From: Octopus vulgaris
Taxonomy: Eukaryota
DNA length: 64,000 nucleotides
Assembly: GCA_951406725.2 (NCBI GenBank)
Contig: OX597817.1
Coordinates: forward strand, 35,712,001-35,776,000
Reading direction: 5' to 3'
Positions 10,474 through 24,324 of the stretch are shown in pieces. The notes under the pieces were generated by a model. That model saw only the letters and a program-made list of their open reading frames with translations, was not told where the DNA came from and did no database searches. Each line of letters begins with the position of its first letter. Position 1 is the stretch's first letter. Made by a program: the position numbers and the translations under genes.

Positions 10474-12210
10474 GACCCCTCCTGCGGCAGGCCTTGTCGT
10501 GGTGAGGGGGCTTGCGTGTTCTGCAGATCCGAGAGAGAGCGATAGTGTCTGGATCTTTGATCCTGGTACGACCACCCTAGGCAGGCCGGTTTCCCGAAGA
10601 GGTTCCAGACTGACGGTGACCCACGGTACGTCGGCTCGTGACCAAGATGGCAGCCTCGTCATCCGACTATTCTGCGGAGGACCAACAACCCGTCCAGATG
10701 AACCCTCAACCTGTTACGACACTGACCAGAAGAAAGCAGACTGCCCAACATCGAAACGGATCCCCGAATGCTCATGTGCAACGAGAAATCAATTTACGCA
10801 AAACAATCCAGTTGTCACATGAAATGCCCTATTGCTCCTTCGCCCCGCGACAGCCACTCTACTATTCCGAGAGCTACCCCATTACAACATCACCCTGGCG
10901 AGACTCTGCGGCGTACCCTGGCTTGGCAGTGGTGAATTCATTGTGAGAGACTGTTGCCTCGAAGACCGGACGCGCATCTGAAGCGTGGCACTGGCTATGC
11001 TGGAACCCGATGAGCGACCATTTGCTCTCCACTCGTTTTCTCCTCCAACATCATTGCCTGTGCCCCAACAGACGTCGCAGAGAACACAGTCAAGGACGAC
11101 AACTATGACCAGCTCCAACAGGTTTTAGGACAAATACCATCCCACGACATCCCGATCATCCTGACGGACGCCAAATCTGCCTTCTCCTCTTCAGCCAAGG
11201 CGACAAACTCATCTGCAGCAACTACAAGGGCACCACTCTCCTCTCCATCCCAGGCAAGCTCTTTACCAGGATCCTTCAGCCGTGCTCTTTCCGCCATTAG
11301 AAGAAGTAGACGCCGCCCACAACAAGCCGGATTCATGCCAAATTGATCTATCACCGACTGTATTTTTGCCCTTCGTCTCATTATTGAAAAATCTCGGAGT
11401 TCCACTGAGATCTCCACCCTCTACACCGCCTTCGGCGATCTCAAGGTGGCATTCGACACGGTCGACCATACATCCCTCTGGATAATTTTCAGGCTCGTTG
11501 GCGTGTCTCCTAGTATTACCGTTCTATTCCAAAGACTATATAGCAGTGCTGAGAACTGCATGCAGGTGAATGGGAAGTACTCCTACTGATTCCCCTTCAA
11601 CAGCGGTGTCAAACAGGGCTTTATGACCGCCCCCGATCTCTTCAACTGTGTCATCGATTATCTGATGACCAACGTCTGTGACTGAGTCTCTGGTGTTACC
11701 TTCGGGAATCAATACCTTGCCGACCTGGAGTATGCGGACAATATCACCCTATTCAGCAACTCGATGGATCGGCTCAGGGAGGAATCAGCAAAATACTGAA
11801 AATAACATCTTAATTTAGCTTTCAGGTGAGTTGGGTGAAAACCAAGCTGATGCATGTCGGTGATGACTCGGACCCTCCCCTTTTCCATATTGGTTGCGAT
11901 GTCGCGGAGTTTGTCGATTCCTTCATCTACCGGGGCTCCGTAGTCACAAAAAATGGTGTAGTCTGGGCGGTGTTATGATGTACCCTTTATGGAAGCCTCT
12001 TTGACACCGCTAACCCGCACCAGATGGCTGAACGTGATTGAGGAAGATTTCCCGCGGCTCGACGTCATCTTGGCGGATGCAGAGGCGCTGTCACGGGTGG
12101 GGAGCACTGATGGACCTGATCAGCTCTATGCACAACGATGCCTCTGGGACCACTAATCTGCGTGAAACAAGCAAGAGAATAAAACAAGAAGTAAGCAAGC
12201 AAGCAACAAC
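10474..12210 (+). mobile_element. RTE-clade LINE, internally deleted and frameshifted
   Basis: RTE 5' motif GCCTTGTCGTGGTGAGGGGGCTTG; RT motifs FGDLKVAFDTVDH, SGVKQG..APDLFN, DLEYADN at ~11430-11745; (CAAG)n tail. Confidence 0.85.
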
Positions 12211-12754
12211 AATATCAGACGAAATACTTTCCTAGGTATCTGTCCTGAAGTTTGACGGTTACATTTGTAAATGTCAGCTCCCAATTTTTCTTAACGAATA
12301 AATGCCCATGAAACTTCATTCTAATGTCTTCCCTTCGACTAATAACCTGGAAAGAGTCAAGATGAACATTAATCACATTAATCTCATTTATATTTTACTC
12401 CTTCCCAGTTTAGAAGTGCGTAAAATGACTAATAGCTATAAACATTTTACTAAAGGAATTTTTTGTTATTTTATATGAAGTAATTATAATTCCAAAAGAC
12501 ATCCATGCATCCATCTCCATCCCTTTTTCCGTGGGTAGAGTCCTAAGACATCTCTTTCATCGAGCCCTATCAGAGGCAACCTTCATTACACTTTCCAGTT
12601 GAATTTCCTAGTGTAATCAACTGGGGCTATTGATATTATCTAAGCATCTAGTTCTTGGTCTACTCTTTGGTCTCTTGCCAGTTGACTCGGCTTGAAGAAT
12701 CTGTCTTGCGATCCTTTCCAGCAGTATCTTAACTACATGTCCGTACTACTGGAT

Positions 12755-13145
12755 GGAGGCGCAATGGCCCAGTGGTTAGGGCAGCGAACTCGCGGTCATA
12801 GGATCGCGGTTTCGATTCCCAGACCGGGCGTTGTAAGTGTTTATTGAGCTAAAACACCTAAAAGGTCCACGAGGCTCCGGCAGGGGATGGTGGTGATCCC
12901 TGCTGTACTCTTTCACCACAACTTTCTCTCACTCTTACTTCCTGTTTCTGTTGTACCTGTATTTCAAAGGGCCGGCTTTGTCACTCTCTGTGTCACGCTG
13001 AATATCCCCGAGAACTACGTTAAGGGTACACGTGTCTGTGGAGTGCTCAGCCACTTACACGTTAATTTCACGAGCAGGCTGTTCCGTTGATTCGGATCAA
13101 CCGGAACCCTCGTCGTCGTAACCGACGGAGTGCTTCCAATCCAAT
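12755..13145 (+). mobile_element. tRNA-derived SINE inserted in a minus-strand LINE 3' relic (~12520-13320)
   Basis: tRNA-like head TGGCCCAGTGGTTAGG...GGTTTCGATTCCC; (CCAAT) tail. Confidence 0.8.
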
Positions 13146-13499
13146 CCAGTACTGAATCTATGACCTGGAGAGACGCTCTAATCGTCGAGTTAAGTACCCT
13201 GTCGAGTAACATTACCCCAGAGATACTTCAGGGAAACCTATTTCGGCTCTTTGCATTCCTGATCGTACCCTATCTAGCATTCATGGCCATAAATCTTTAA
13301 TATTAGGGTCGCGATATGCGTTCGAATGTTATGCTCTATGCAACCTTAAATAGAGAACAAAATAGAAGACGTAATCGAAATAATTAACATAATGAAACAA
13401 GCCCAACAACATTAACGAATGGGATGAACTGAAAGACATAATCAAAATCTTTAAGATAACGAAATATGTAACGAGAATCCATAAATTAACGCAATTTAT

Positions 13500-13908
13500 A
13501 GACGCAGGAGTGGCTGTGTGGTACGTACCTTGCTTACGTACTACATGGTCCCGGGTTCAGTCCCACTGCGTGACACCTTGGGCAAGTGTCTTCTACTATA
13601 GCCTCGGGTCGACCAAAGCCTTGTGAGTGAATTTGGTAGACGGAAACTGAAAGAAGCCCGTCGTATATATGTATATATATTTATGTATTTGTGTGTGTGT
13701 TTGTGAGTCTGTATTTGTCCCCCCCCCCCCCAGCATCACTTGACAACCGATGCTGGTGTGTTTACATCCCTGTAACTTAGCGGTTTGGCAAAAGAGACCG
13801 ATAGAATAAGTACTAGGCTTACAAAGAATAAGTCCGGGGTCGATTTGCTCGACTAGAGGCGGTGCTCCAGCATGGCCACAATCAAATGACTGAAACAAGT
13901 AAAAGAGT
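13500..13908 (+). mobile_element. SINE family A, full length
   Basis: Same sequence as 662-1061 (rc) and 40648-41030. Confidence 0.9.
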
Positions 13909-14174
13909 ATATAAATTTGTAAAATTCGTTACATGCAACAGAAGGTATATTAGACTACGAGTAAATTAGCCATCTGTGTAACCATACTTAATGTAAATAC
14001 ATCGCGAAAAGAAAATTTACTTGATGTTCGTCTGGAGACAATATCTCTTATGGACACGCTGTATTAGAAACACAATACATATAGGCGGTAGACCGAAATC
14101 GTCCGAGTAGCGGCTGGTGCGAGCATTAAATGCATTTTCTACCTATTTGGACAGAATTTCCGTAGGTACCGCTA

Positions 14175-14633
<459 letters not shown>

Positions 14634-14646
14634 TTTTTATTTTTTA

Positions 14647-14651
<5 letters not shown>

Positions 14652-14700
<49 letters not shown>

Positions 14701-14768
14701 GTTGTTGTTGTTGTTGTTGCTGTGGTCGTCGTCGTCGTCGTCATCATCATCATCATCATCATCATCAT
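14652..14768. repeat. Compound (ATT)(GTT)(GTC)(ATC) trinucleotide microsatellite
   Basis: Direct. Confidence 0.95.
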
Positions 14769-14959
14769 TTTGCGGCAGTTACGTGCTTTCGTCACATGTA
14801 CTGAGTTTTGTTTATTTTTGTGTTTTCCACTACATTGAAAACACTGTAGGTAACATGTGTAGTAGTGCTACTTTTCATGTGCTGCATATTATATGCGTAA
14901 AGCATGACGTTTCGGTTACATATTTGCTTGCATGTTTTTAAAGCGCAATTCATTCTCCA

Positions 14960-15880
14960 GGCATCTACTATTACGAGGTCTGCTTGTTTTCAATCTTTGC
15001 ACTCTGGTCACCTCCATTTTCAGATCTTTATATTTACATAATTTCTTCATTCCTTTTTAAAATACATTATCGCCTCATGGAGCTAATACTTTGGTCAGGA
15101 TAGAACTTTCTTTCCTAGTTTGCTTTAAAATAACAACATCCGCACGATTATTCTTCCTTTCCTTGTCTGTCTGGATTGGCATAGCTTTGAGTATACTTGA
15201 AATTTCTGAGAGCCCTTTCTAGTTATTATACCTATTTCTTTACTACCCACAAGGGGCTAAACACAGAGAGGACAAACAAGGACAGACAAACGGATTAAGT
15301 CGATTATATCGACCCCAGTGCATAACTGGTACTTATTTAATCGACCCCGAAAGGATGAAAGGTAAAGTCGACCTCGGCGGAATTGGAACTCAGAACGCAG
15401 CGGCAGACGAAATACTTATTTCTTTACTACCCACAAGGGGCTACGCACAGAGGGGACAAACAAGGACAGACATAGGTATTAAGTCGATTACATCGACCTC
15501 AGTGCGTAACTGGTACTTAATTTATCGACCCCGAAAGGATGAACGTAACGGCAGACGAAATACCGCTAACGATTCTGCCAGCTCGCCGCCTTATTTTCTA
15601 GTTATTATACCTGCCATGAGCAAACAGCGCCCAGCGGGACTTTCTGAATGGCAAGCCAGTGAAAAATTATCGTGATTCTTTTTTTTTTTTTATAGTAGCG
15701 CAGCCCGCCTGATGATGAACCATCCCTCGTGCGGTCCACTTATCGGAAAAGGCTGCTCAAGCCTGATTTATGTAATTATTTCTGTCGGTATTTCATAACA
15801 CTAGCATAACTTCCAATGTATGAACTCTAGTTCTGTCATGAATGTAGCGTCAATTCGTTGTCTCTTGGCTCATCACTTAG
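14960..15880 (-). mobile_element. Older R4/Dong-like LINE relic (restriction-like endonuclease region)
   Basis: Minus strand IHWKLC ... MPIQTDK..NNRADVVI..DNV..KYKDLKMEV with stops; interrupted by a SINE. Confidence 0.65.
15234..15591 (-). mobile_element. SINE family B, 2 units
   Basis: TSD TTTCTAGTTATTATACCT at 15216-15233 and 15595-15612. Confidence 0.9.
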
Positions 15881-16107
15881 AACCTTCTAGTTTTTGTGTC
15901 TAGCGTCTGTGCGCCTTCTTTCTTTGATACAACCTCCCACGATTGGGTCAGGTATTTTGCATTTGTTGTTTTTGGACGTTCTCGTCCGTACTCCTACACC
16001 AAACACTACTTTCCTTGCTTTTGCAAATATGTGTGTACGCGCGCGTGTGGAGATGAACTATTTGTTTTGTTCATTGAATTGTTGTAGCGTTTGATGACGA
16101 CACCTTC

Positions 16108-16693
16108 TTATTTCTTTATTGCCCACAAGGGGCTAAACATAGAGGGGACAAACAAGGACAGACAAACGGATTAAGTCGATTACATCGGCCCCAGTGCGTA
16201 ACTGGTATTTATTTAATCGACCCCGAAAGGATGAAAGGCAAAGTCGACCTCAGCGGAATTTGAACTCAGAACGAAACAGCAGACGAAATACCTATTTCTT
16301 TACTACCCACAAGGGGCTAAACACAGAGGAGACAAACAAGGACAGACAGACGGATTAAGTCGATTATATCGACCCCAGTGCGAAACTGGTACTTAATTTA
16401 TCGACCCCGAATGGATGAAAAGCAAAGTCGATCTCGGCGGAATCTGAACTCAGAACGTAGCGGCAGACGAAATACCTATTTCTTTATTACCCACAAGGGG
16501 CTAAACACAGAGGGGACAAACAAGGACAGACATAGGTATTAAGTCGATTACATCGACCTCAGTGCGTAACTGGTACTTAATTTATCGACCCCGAAAGGAT
16601 GAAAGGCAAAGTCGATCGGCGGAATTTGAACTCACAACGTAACGCAGACGAAATACCGCCCGGCGTGCTAACGTTGTTGCCAGTTCGCCGCCT
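16108..16693 (-). mobile_element. SINE family B, 3 units
   Basis: Unit junctions at 16292|16293 and 16476|16477; TSD GACGACAC(C/T)TTCT. Confidence 0.9.
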
Positions 16694-17051
16694 TTGCAAT
16701 TCAGACGACACTTTCTTTGCAATTCAGCAAGGCTTTCATATTTCAAGGGTTCTTTGATTCCTAGTGCTTCATTTTTTATTATATTATATTTCTATAGAAT
16801 TTGTTTCGCCTTATGTGTATGAGTATGTGTGCATGAGAGAGAGAGGAAAAGACAGACGGACTTCCCGTTTTTTATTTCATTAAAGACTGAGAGATCTTTA
16901 TTTATTTTTCCTGTATAATAGTTTTCCATCGTGTTTTCTTGAGATTTTATATTCCTATATGATTAGATAGGGAGTCTGTGTGTGGGGATTAACACTTTCC
17001 TTTATTTTATAACTACTGCGATTTCTGCCTGTATTGTTTAATCTATCCTTT

Positions 17052-17054
<3 letters not shown>

Positions 17055-17122
<68 letters not shown>
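17055..17122. repeat. (CT)n microsatellite
   Basis: Direct. Confidence 0.95.
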
Positions 17123-17123
<1 letters not shown>

Positions 17124-17467
17124 ACTAAACCTCCAAAAATTCACACACATAAAACATCCTCTTTCCATAATGCAAGAAAACTAATTCAGTTCCAGATTCT
17201 TTTCAACTAACTCATATACGAATGTTATGAATTTTCTATAAATATATCATTTATGATGAATTTCTCATAAGGAACTAACATATCCACTACAAACCGTTTC
17301 CTTTGGAATTTATCATCTGGCTGATGTGCTTGCAAAAGTTGCACTTTAAAAGCATAAAACCTCAGTTTCTTCTGCAAAATTTTGTGACGTTTTTACTGTG
17401 GTAAACCTAACTGTTTATTTGCTACGAATGGACTAGGTAGGACTACGATGAACTGCTGCTCAAATTC

Positions 17468-17667
17468 GCTCAACGTCTTCCACAGGCTCAACGTCTTCCA
17501 CAGGCTCAATGTCTTCCATAGGCTCAACGTCTTCCATAGGCTCAACGTCTTCCATAGGCTCAACGTCTTCATAGGCTCAACGTCTTCCACAGGCTCAACG
17601 TCTTCCATAGGCTCAACGTCTTCCATAGGCTCAACGTCTTCCACAGGCTCAACGTCTTCCACAGGCT
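17468..17667. repeat. 18-bp minisatellite GCTCAACGTCTTCCA(C/T)AG, ~11 copies
   Basis: Direct tandem array; one unit is 17 bp. Confidence 0.95.
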
Positions 17668-18847
17668 AGGCGATCAAGAGGTCGCCCAACCCCTGTTTTC
17701 TGTAGGACGCTTCTTGTTTCCATAAACTTTTTTTATGCTAAGTACGGATGCTTACACGAGTTGGTGGCTCTTATCCATACTTTGTACGCTAATTCCACTG
17801 GACCTGAGTATCTGATACGGTCTCTATGAACCAGGATATACGTTGTGCTTTCCTTTGTGGCGTTATGATTTTCATTGGAAATCAGGGATAATGCTAAACA
17901 CCTTTGAACACTAGCAAAAGTGATGTAAATATTACAATAAAGAAAATAAAGTTTCATTAACACACAATGAAGTTGATTGATGAATCTCAAATATATATGT
18001 ATGTATGTATACATAAACACATACATATATACATACATATTTATTTACATGTATATGCGTGCCTGTATGTACGTGCGATATATATACACGATATGTGAGT
18101 GTGCGTGTGTGCGAATGTGCTTCTAATGTATACACTAGAAACAACATAAGCTATAAGTGTATGTGTTAAAATATTCATATAATACTTTTAGGTTTCAGAG
18201 TTTCATATGTTACATGGGCGATCGTCGCTGAAGCAAGCTGTTATAAACATGCTGATCTAATTTATAGTAGCAAATGTTAAATGATTTTTCAGAAAAGAAA
18301 CAGTACACAGAAATGTGTTATTTACATATATGTATACGCACAACATCTATTGATGGATAAATTGGAATAAATTGACGTTATGAAGTATTCTAGTTTGGGA
18401 AAAATGAGGATAAATATCAAAATAAATATTCAGTACATGCAATACTATATACTGTGTGGTAAAAAGTTTGCTATCCAGCCAGATGATACCGGATTTAGTC
18501 TCACTGCGTAATACCTTGGATAGATGTCTTCTACTACAAGCTTAAGACCTTGTGAGTTAATTCTGTAGGGGGAAACTGAAAGAAACCCGTCCTATATAAT
18601 TCCGTTGAAGTATTCTACAGCAGTTAGTTTAATTATAATTTCTACGGTCGAAGGGGACGTAACTCTAATTTTCTTTCTTTCCTTTCTTTTCGGATTATAT
18701 TTACCCTTTGATGGTGGTGGTGGTGGTGGTAGTGGTGGTGGTGTGGTTGCGATGCTGGTAGTGAGTGATAGGGATATCAGCGTCAGTAGTGGTTGTAATA
18801 GTGTAAATGGAGCAAGTGTCAATGGTGATGGTGTGGTAGTAGTAGTG

Positions 18848-19246
18848 CCGGCGAGCTGGCAGAAACGTTAGCACGCCGGGCGAAATGCTTAGCGGTATTT
18901 CGTCTGCCGCTACGTTCTAAGTTCAAATTCCGCCGAGGTCAACTTTGCCTTTCATCCTTTCGGGGTCGATAAATAAAGTACCAGTTACGCACTGGGGTCG
19001 ATATAATCGACTTAATCCGTTTGTCTATCCTCTCTGTGCCCCTTGTGGGTAGTAAAGAAATAGGTATTTCGTCTGCCGCTATGTTCTGAGTTCAAATTCC
19101 GCTGAGGTCGACTTTGCCTTTTATCCTTTCGGGGTCGATTAAATAAGTACCAGTTACGCACTGGGATCGATATAATCGACTTAATCCGTTTGTCTGTCCT
19201 TGTTTGTCCCCTCTATGTTTAGCCCCTTGTGGGTAGCAAAGAAATA
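18848..19246 (+). mobile_element. SINE family B, 2 units
   Basis: Junction 19062|19063; TSD ~GTAGTAGTGCCG. Confidence 0.9.
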
Positions 19247-19981
19247 GGTAGTAGTGCCGTCGTGCCGATGCTATTGTTGGAAGTGGCGATGGAGGTAGTA
19301 ATGATGATGGTATTGGTGCTATAAAGATGGCCTTAATTTTGGCACTGGTAATGGCGCTGCTGTTGTGGATGATGATGCATCGATGTGATGCTTCAGTGTT
19401 CTGAACTTTATCCTAAGCTCACCTGAAATAGCATTATCCCAGGCATTAACACCTGAAGATTCATCATCGCTGGACATTCCGTCTGAAGGGTAGCGATTCT
19501 TCAGGTGATCTTTCGTTTCTAGTTAACTGTTTTTTGATGCCCCTCTCCCAACCTGCCCTCCGGGTCTCTAAATGCAATTCTGCATGACAAAACAAAGCTG
19601 CTTTCCTTCTACCTCTCGGAAATGGGAGATCCTACTCTTGTCATGAATCCAAGGAGACTCTTCACAGATTTCCAAACCCTGGACTAATACACTCGCTGAA
19701 CTCGCCTCACTCTTTCATAAGCCCTTTCATAAGCATTAGATACGATAGTTCTAACTTCCCTGTTGTTTTTGATGCAGATGCCGTCTCTGAGATAATTATT
19801 CTCTGTGAAAGATATTGTGTAATCACATTTTAGTAAAAATGCGCGCGCACATATACACACATACACAACACATTAGCACAATCACATGCATGTACACAAA
19901 ATATTAAAAAATATATATAAAAACAAAAAACAACGAAAAAGGTAATTGCAAATACCTTAGTTGTAAAAGATGCATTTATTG

Positions 19982-20181
19982 TGTTGTGTCTGGGGAGAGT
20001 CATTTTCTTTTTGTGCCTTATAATAAAACACTCACCGGTAAAATACTCAAGACTATTGAAAAGGTTGCAAGACGCAACGAAAATTTTAGGAAAATAAAAA
20101 TAAGAAAAAAGTGGAAATTTTAGCGGTGAGTGTGTTAAATAATAAGGCACAAAAAGAAAATGACTCTCCCCAGACACAACA
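19982..20181. repeat. Inverted repeat, ~63-bp arms
   Basis: TGTTGTGTCTGGGGAGAGTCATTTTCTTTTTGTGCCTTAT... and its reverse complement at 20117-20181. Confidence 0.85.
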
Positions 20182-21892
20182 GAATATGCTTCAACACACG
20201 AACTCATATAAAGAATCTTGCAAACCAAATCCAAAAACAAAATGCATTTATTGTTTAAAGTAGATTATGATTATATCAATCCAGTACAACATAGAAGAAA
20301 AAAAAAACATCATCTGCAGGTGTATTAAACAGTATATCAGGGTTTTTTTTTTCTTTTAGAACATTGTCATTTTATAAGATTTTGCTGGCAAACTCTTAAA
20401 TTATCATAGACACTTTATTTACAGGAAAGAAAATTGCCGGAGAACTTTTGAAAATACATGATTGACATGAAACTTTTTAAAACTAAGCAGCCGTTATTGT
20501 ACCATATAAAATATAGATTTCTTAGGTAAGTATAAGGCCTCAAACGTTGGGAAAGCTTATAACAGATTACATTAGCTTCGTTACTCCACTGATTCCTATT
20601 TTATCGATCGCGGACAGGTAACGTAGGCGCCTCGACGGTTATATAAACAAAGATAGTAAAGGCGCGCAACTGCCTCGAGTCCCGACGCACAACGAATCAA
20701 CCCGCTTAAATCATAACAGATAACTACAAAACAAAGACGATGTTGTTACAGATTCGTAGAGCAGAATAAGTTGTGATGGAAAATTATTAATTCAGTTTTC
20801 GGTGACATTAGAAAACGAAAGGAAGCGATTCCGGCAGCAAAAAAAAAAAAAACCCATAATCTCCGAGTTCACTTGTTGCTTTTCGTTACCCGTTAGTTAC
20901 ATAGGAACCCGGTCCCGTTGCTATAGCGAAAAGTAAATGAGATTTGGAGGACACATTTAGAAGTTAAGACTGTGAAGATCTTGAATATAAATAAGTGTAA
21001 GAATGTGATTGTTCTAAAGCGTAAAAAGAGGGAATGCTTCAAGTTCCAGCTCAGTAAATGTAAACGTGTTTTTATTACATATAAACAGAGACAAGCCCAA
21101 TAAATCCAATGTGTTCTCCTGTTTTATGTTTTTCTTAAAAATGAGAATAAAGTGATTTAAGGTAGATTTTATTACTCTTTCTAGCAGGTCGAGTTGATGA
21201 GATAGGAAGGAAAAAAAAACAACTTTGGATAGCGACACACTGAGCCATCGGAGATATATACACATACAATTCTGAGCCATCATAGATATATGTCCTCTCT
21301 CTCTCTCTCACACACACACATAACATAACATGCATGCATATATATATATATCCACGTATACTAGTAAATATGTATCAATCGATTTATTTGTCTGTCCGTC
21401 TATATATATATATTTATCTATATGTATGTGATATATATATAGGTACTTGTATCACAGAGTGATATATGTGTGTGTGTGTGTGTGTACACACATATATGTA
21501 TGTACATATACATATACATCATTCGTATGTGAATTTATATACATTCTATATATGAATGGTGTGTATATATATATATAAACATATGCGCGCGCGTACACCC
21601 ACACACACCCAGACACACAAGCTCTTGTTCTGATCTTCAAATTTCCCGCCCTCCTCTTTTTTCTTTTTCCCTTTGTTCAAATAATTCTGCGGGGTTTTTT
21701 TTGTCGGTTATTTATACTTCTAAAAATTATCTCTCTGTTCTATTCGTAAAAATATTTTGTTATACAAAAACTTCGTTTAATAATAAATAAATTGTGAATA
21801 AATAAACATTACAACGTTGAATTAGATTTTATATAACTTGTAATTGCGATTCTTAAATTGATATAATGTATTTCTACCTGTATTTCTTAATA

Positions 21893-22070
21893 TTGGTTTC
21901 AAATTTTGGCACAAGGCCAGCAATTTCGGGGAAATGGCTAAGTCGACTACATCAATTTCAGTACTCAACTAGTTACTTATTTTACCGAGTCTGAAAAGGA
22001 TGAAAGGCAAAGTCAACCTCAGCTTTACTCAGAACGTAAAGACGGATCTCAGCATTTTGCCCGGCATGCG
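21893..22070 (-). mobile_element. SINE family B variant (alternative tail GGCCTTGTGCCAAAATTTGAAACC)
   Basis: Same core as family B; related copies at ~27725, ~33430, 52737, 58617. Confidence 0.75.
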
Positions 22071-22089
22071 CACGATAGTGTTGTTTGAA

Positions 22090-22341
22090 AAATAGTGGGT
22101 GGAGCCTATTGAAGTGGGACGGATCGTTAGGAAAGTAAATCGATGTAGTTGTTCGTCTATCAGCCGTCGTGTTAACATGGGTTCCTTGTTAGTGTCAAGT
22201 TCTGTAAAGCCAGAACACCGCAGACTTGAAGCTGACCGACTCCACATACGTCCAAATTCGTTGGCAACTACCGGCGACACTTGTCAGCAAAATAAAATTA
22301 ATAAACTGACCAAAGACAACCCGTATCTAATCGAAGTAGAG
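22090..22341 (+). promoter_or_regulatory. Probable promoter and non-coding first exon of the SLC34 gene
   Basis: Unique CpG-containing sequence, GC-box-like GGGTGGAGCC near 22097, strong donor GAG|GTAAGT at 22341|22342, matching acceptor TTTTTTTACAG at 22682; TSS position not determinable. Confidence 0.5.
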
Positions 22342-22801
22342 GTAAGTATAACACTCCTATATTAATTCTACTATTTTATTTCCTCACTCTTTCCTTTGAG
22401 CTACAATTTAGATATATAATTTATTAAAACAATAGACAAAGATATAAAAAAAAATAATAAAAAAGCTACATATATATGCATATATTTTCTAGTCTTTAGT
22501 CAAACATATCTACCTATAATGTCACCACTATATATATACAATATATATATATGCTCTCTTAATTATATGCTATTTTTCTTTGAGATTAAAAAAAAACGCA
22601 ACAGATATTTTTTGTCTTGTATTATATATTATTGCGTTTCCCCCGTATTTATAATGTTTTCTCTTTTATTCTTTTTTTACAGATTAGTTTCTTTTCTTTT
22701 TTCTTTTTTTAATTTATAAAAATAAACGTGTATTGTTTTGTTTACATGATTTATAATAATGTGGTGAGATGTGGTGAGAAGCTGTTAATCTGTGATCATA
22801 A

Positions 22802-23012
22802 ATGATGCAGGTACCCACCGAAATGGTTCCTGCGCCGGGGGTTCCTGTCCTGGTTGACGAGTGCCCCCCCGATTACAGCGTCAACGATCCCCTGAACGCG
22901 GAGAACGAGTTGTCAAGTGCACAGCCGCAGGCGCGGAATCAACACGAAGAGAAAGCCGACGTGCGGGGGAACGCTGGGGACAACGGACAACCAGAGGGCA
23001 AAAAATCTAATG
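22802..23012 (+). CDS. SLC34A2: Probable first coding exon (cytosolic N-terminus) of SLC34/NaPi-II transporter
   Basis: GC-rich ORF MMQVPTEMVP...KKSN in an AT-rich context; donor ATG|GTGGGT is phase 1, matching the acceptor at 46955; linkage rests on phase and position, not homology. Confidence 0.6.
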
Positions 23013-23303
23013 GTGGGTAAATCAAAGAAAACCCCCAGCTCATTTGACAATATATACATATATATGTATATATACATTATATATATAATCTGCCAAAAAA
23101 AAATATATATTAGATCGATCTAACACTTTTCATTGATTGATTCTTTTCAATTTCATTTTCTAGCCTGTACAGATTAATATAATTGTATCCTTACACAAGT
23201 TAAGCACCTGCTTCCTAATTTTTTTTCTAGTTATAAATATATATATATATATATCATATATCATATATATATATATATCATATATCATATATATATCATA
23301 TAT

Positions 23304-23376
<73 letters not shown>

Positions 23377-24269
23377 TATATCATATATATAATTTGTTCT
23401 AGTGGTTTACTTCTGTAATAACACTTACAAGTAACTCCTTACTTAACAGGGAAACGAAAAGCATGGCGTTTTAGAATTCAGTCTACTGACAATGCGCCAA
23501 CTGACGGAACATAGGAATATAAAATACTAGAGCGAGATTTAGTTGTAATAAATAATAATAATTTTTAACATAATCACTAGAAATTATGATAATAATAATT
23601 ATAATTATGGTAGAAAAAAAAATAATCCTTTTTTTTTACTTTACGCGTTAATTAGGTTTTAGTGATCAGTCTCTTTAAGCGAAGCCGGCAAAATGAACTG
23701 AAAGACCCGAACTATATCTTCCTTTCCCTCATTTTCTCTTCAGTTTTCATCACCTGCAGCAACTTATATCAGGGCAGCTATCTATCTCTGAAATACATAC
23801 ATACATATACACACCAGAAAGACAAAATAAACAACAAAAAAATGACTATAAACCTTGGTTTCTACTGCAATTATGTGCTGATGTACCCGCAGCATCAGTG
23901 CACTCACGTTGCATTAACTGCTCGGGTGTATTGCACAGAAAAACGTGCTTGTCTGTGTGGTTAGCTGTGTGCATGTGCATTTATGTGTATCTTTGTGTAA
24001 TCAATTAAAACTAATCAGACACGATTCCATATATCTGTATGTATTTGTAGGTATATTTATATATCTACGTCTGTATATGTATGATTTCGTGATATTGAAT
24101 ATTATTCTCTTTGTGTGTGGGTGTTTCGTGGTCGACGTATTTTAAATGGCCATCAGAATAATTTGTCTTATCGTCTACATACATAATGCAGATGCCCTTT
24201 AAATATATTCTCTGAAAATGCAAGTTATATATATACATACCTACGTTTATATATATATATATATATATA

Positions 24270-24283
24270 TAATGTATACATGT

Positions 24284-24324
<41 letters not shown>

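Noticed and set aside
10457-11485. Cluster of GC-rich ORFs as a host gene
   Set aside because: Frameshifted pieces and antisense frames of the RTE LINE
15700-15760. CTGATGA...GAAA hammerhead-like text
   Set aside because: Stem II does not abut GAAA and there is no stem III or NUH
20890-20930. RFX X-box-like motifs (also ~24606)
   Set aside because: Imperfect matches with no independent support
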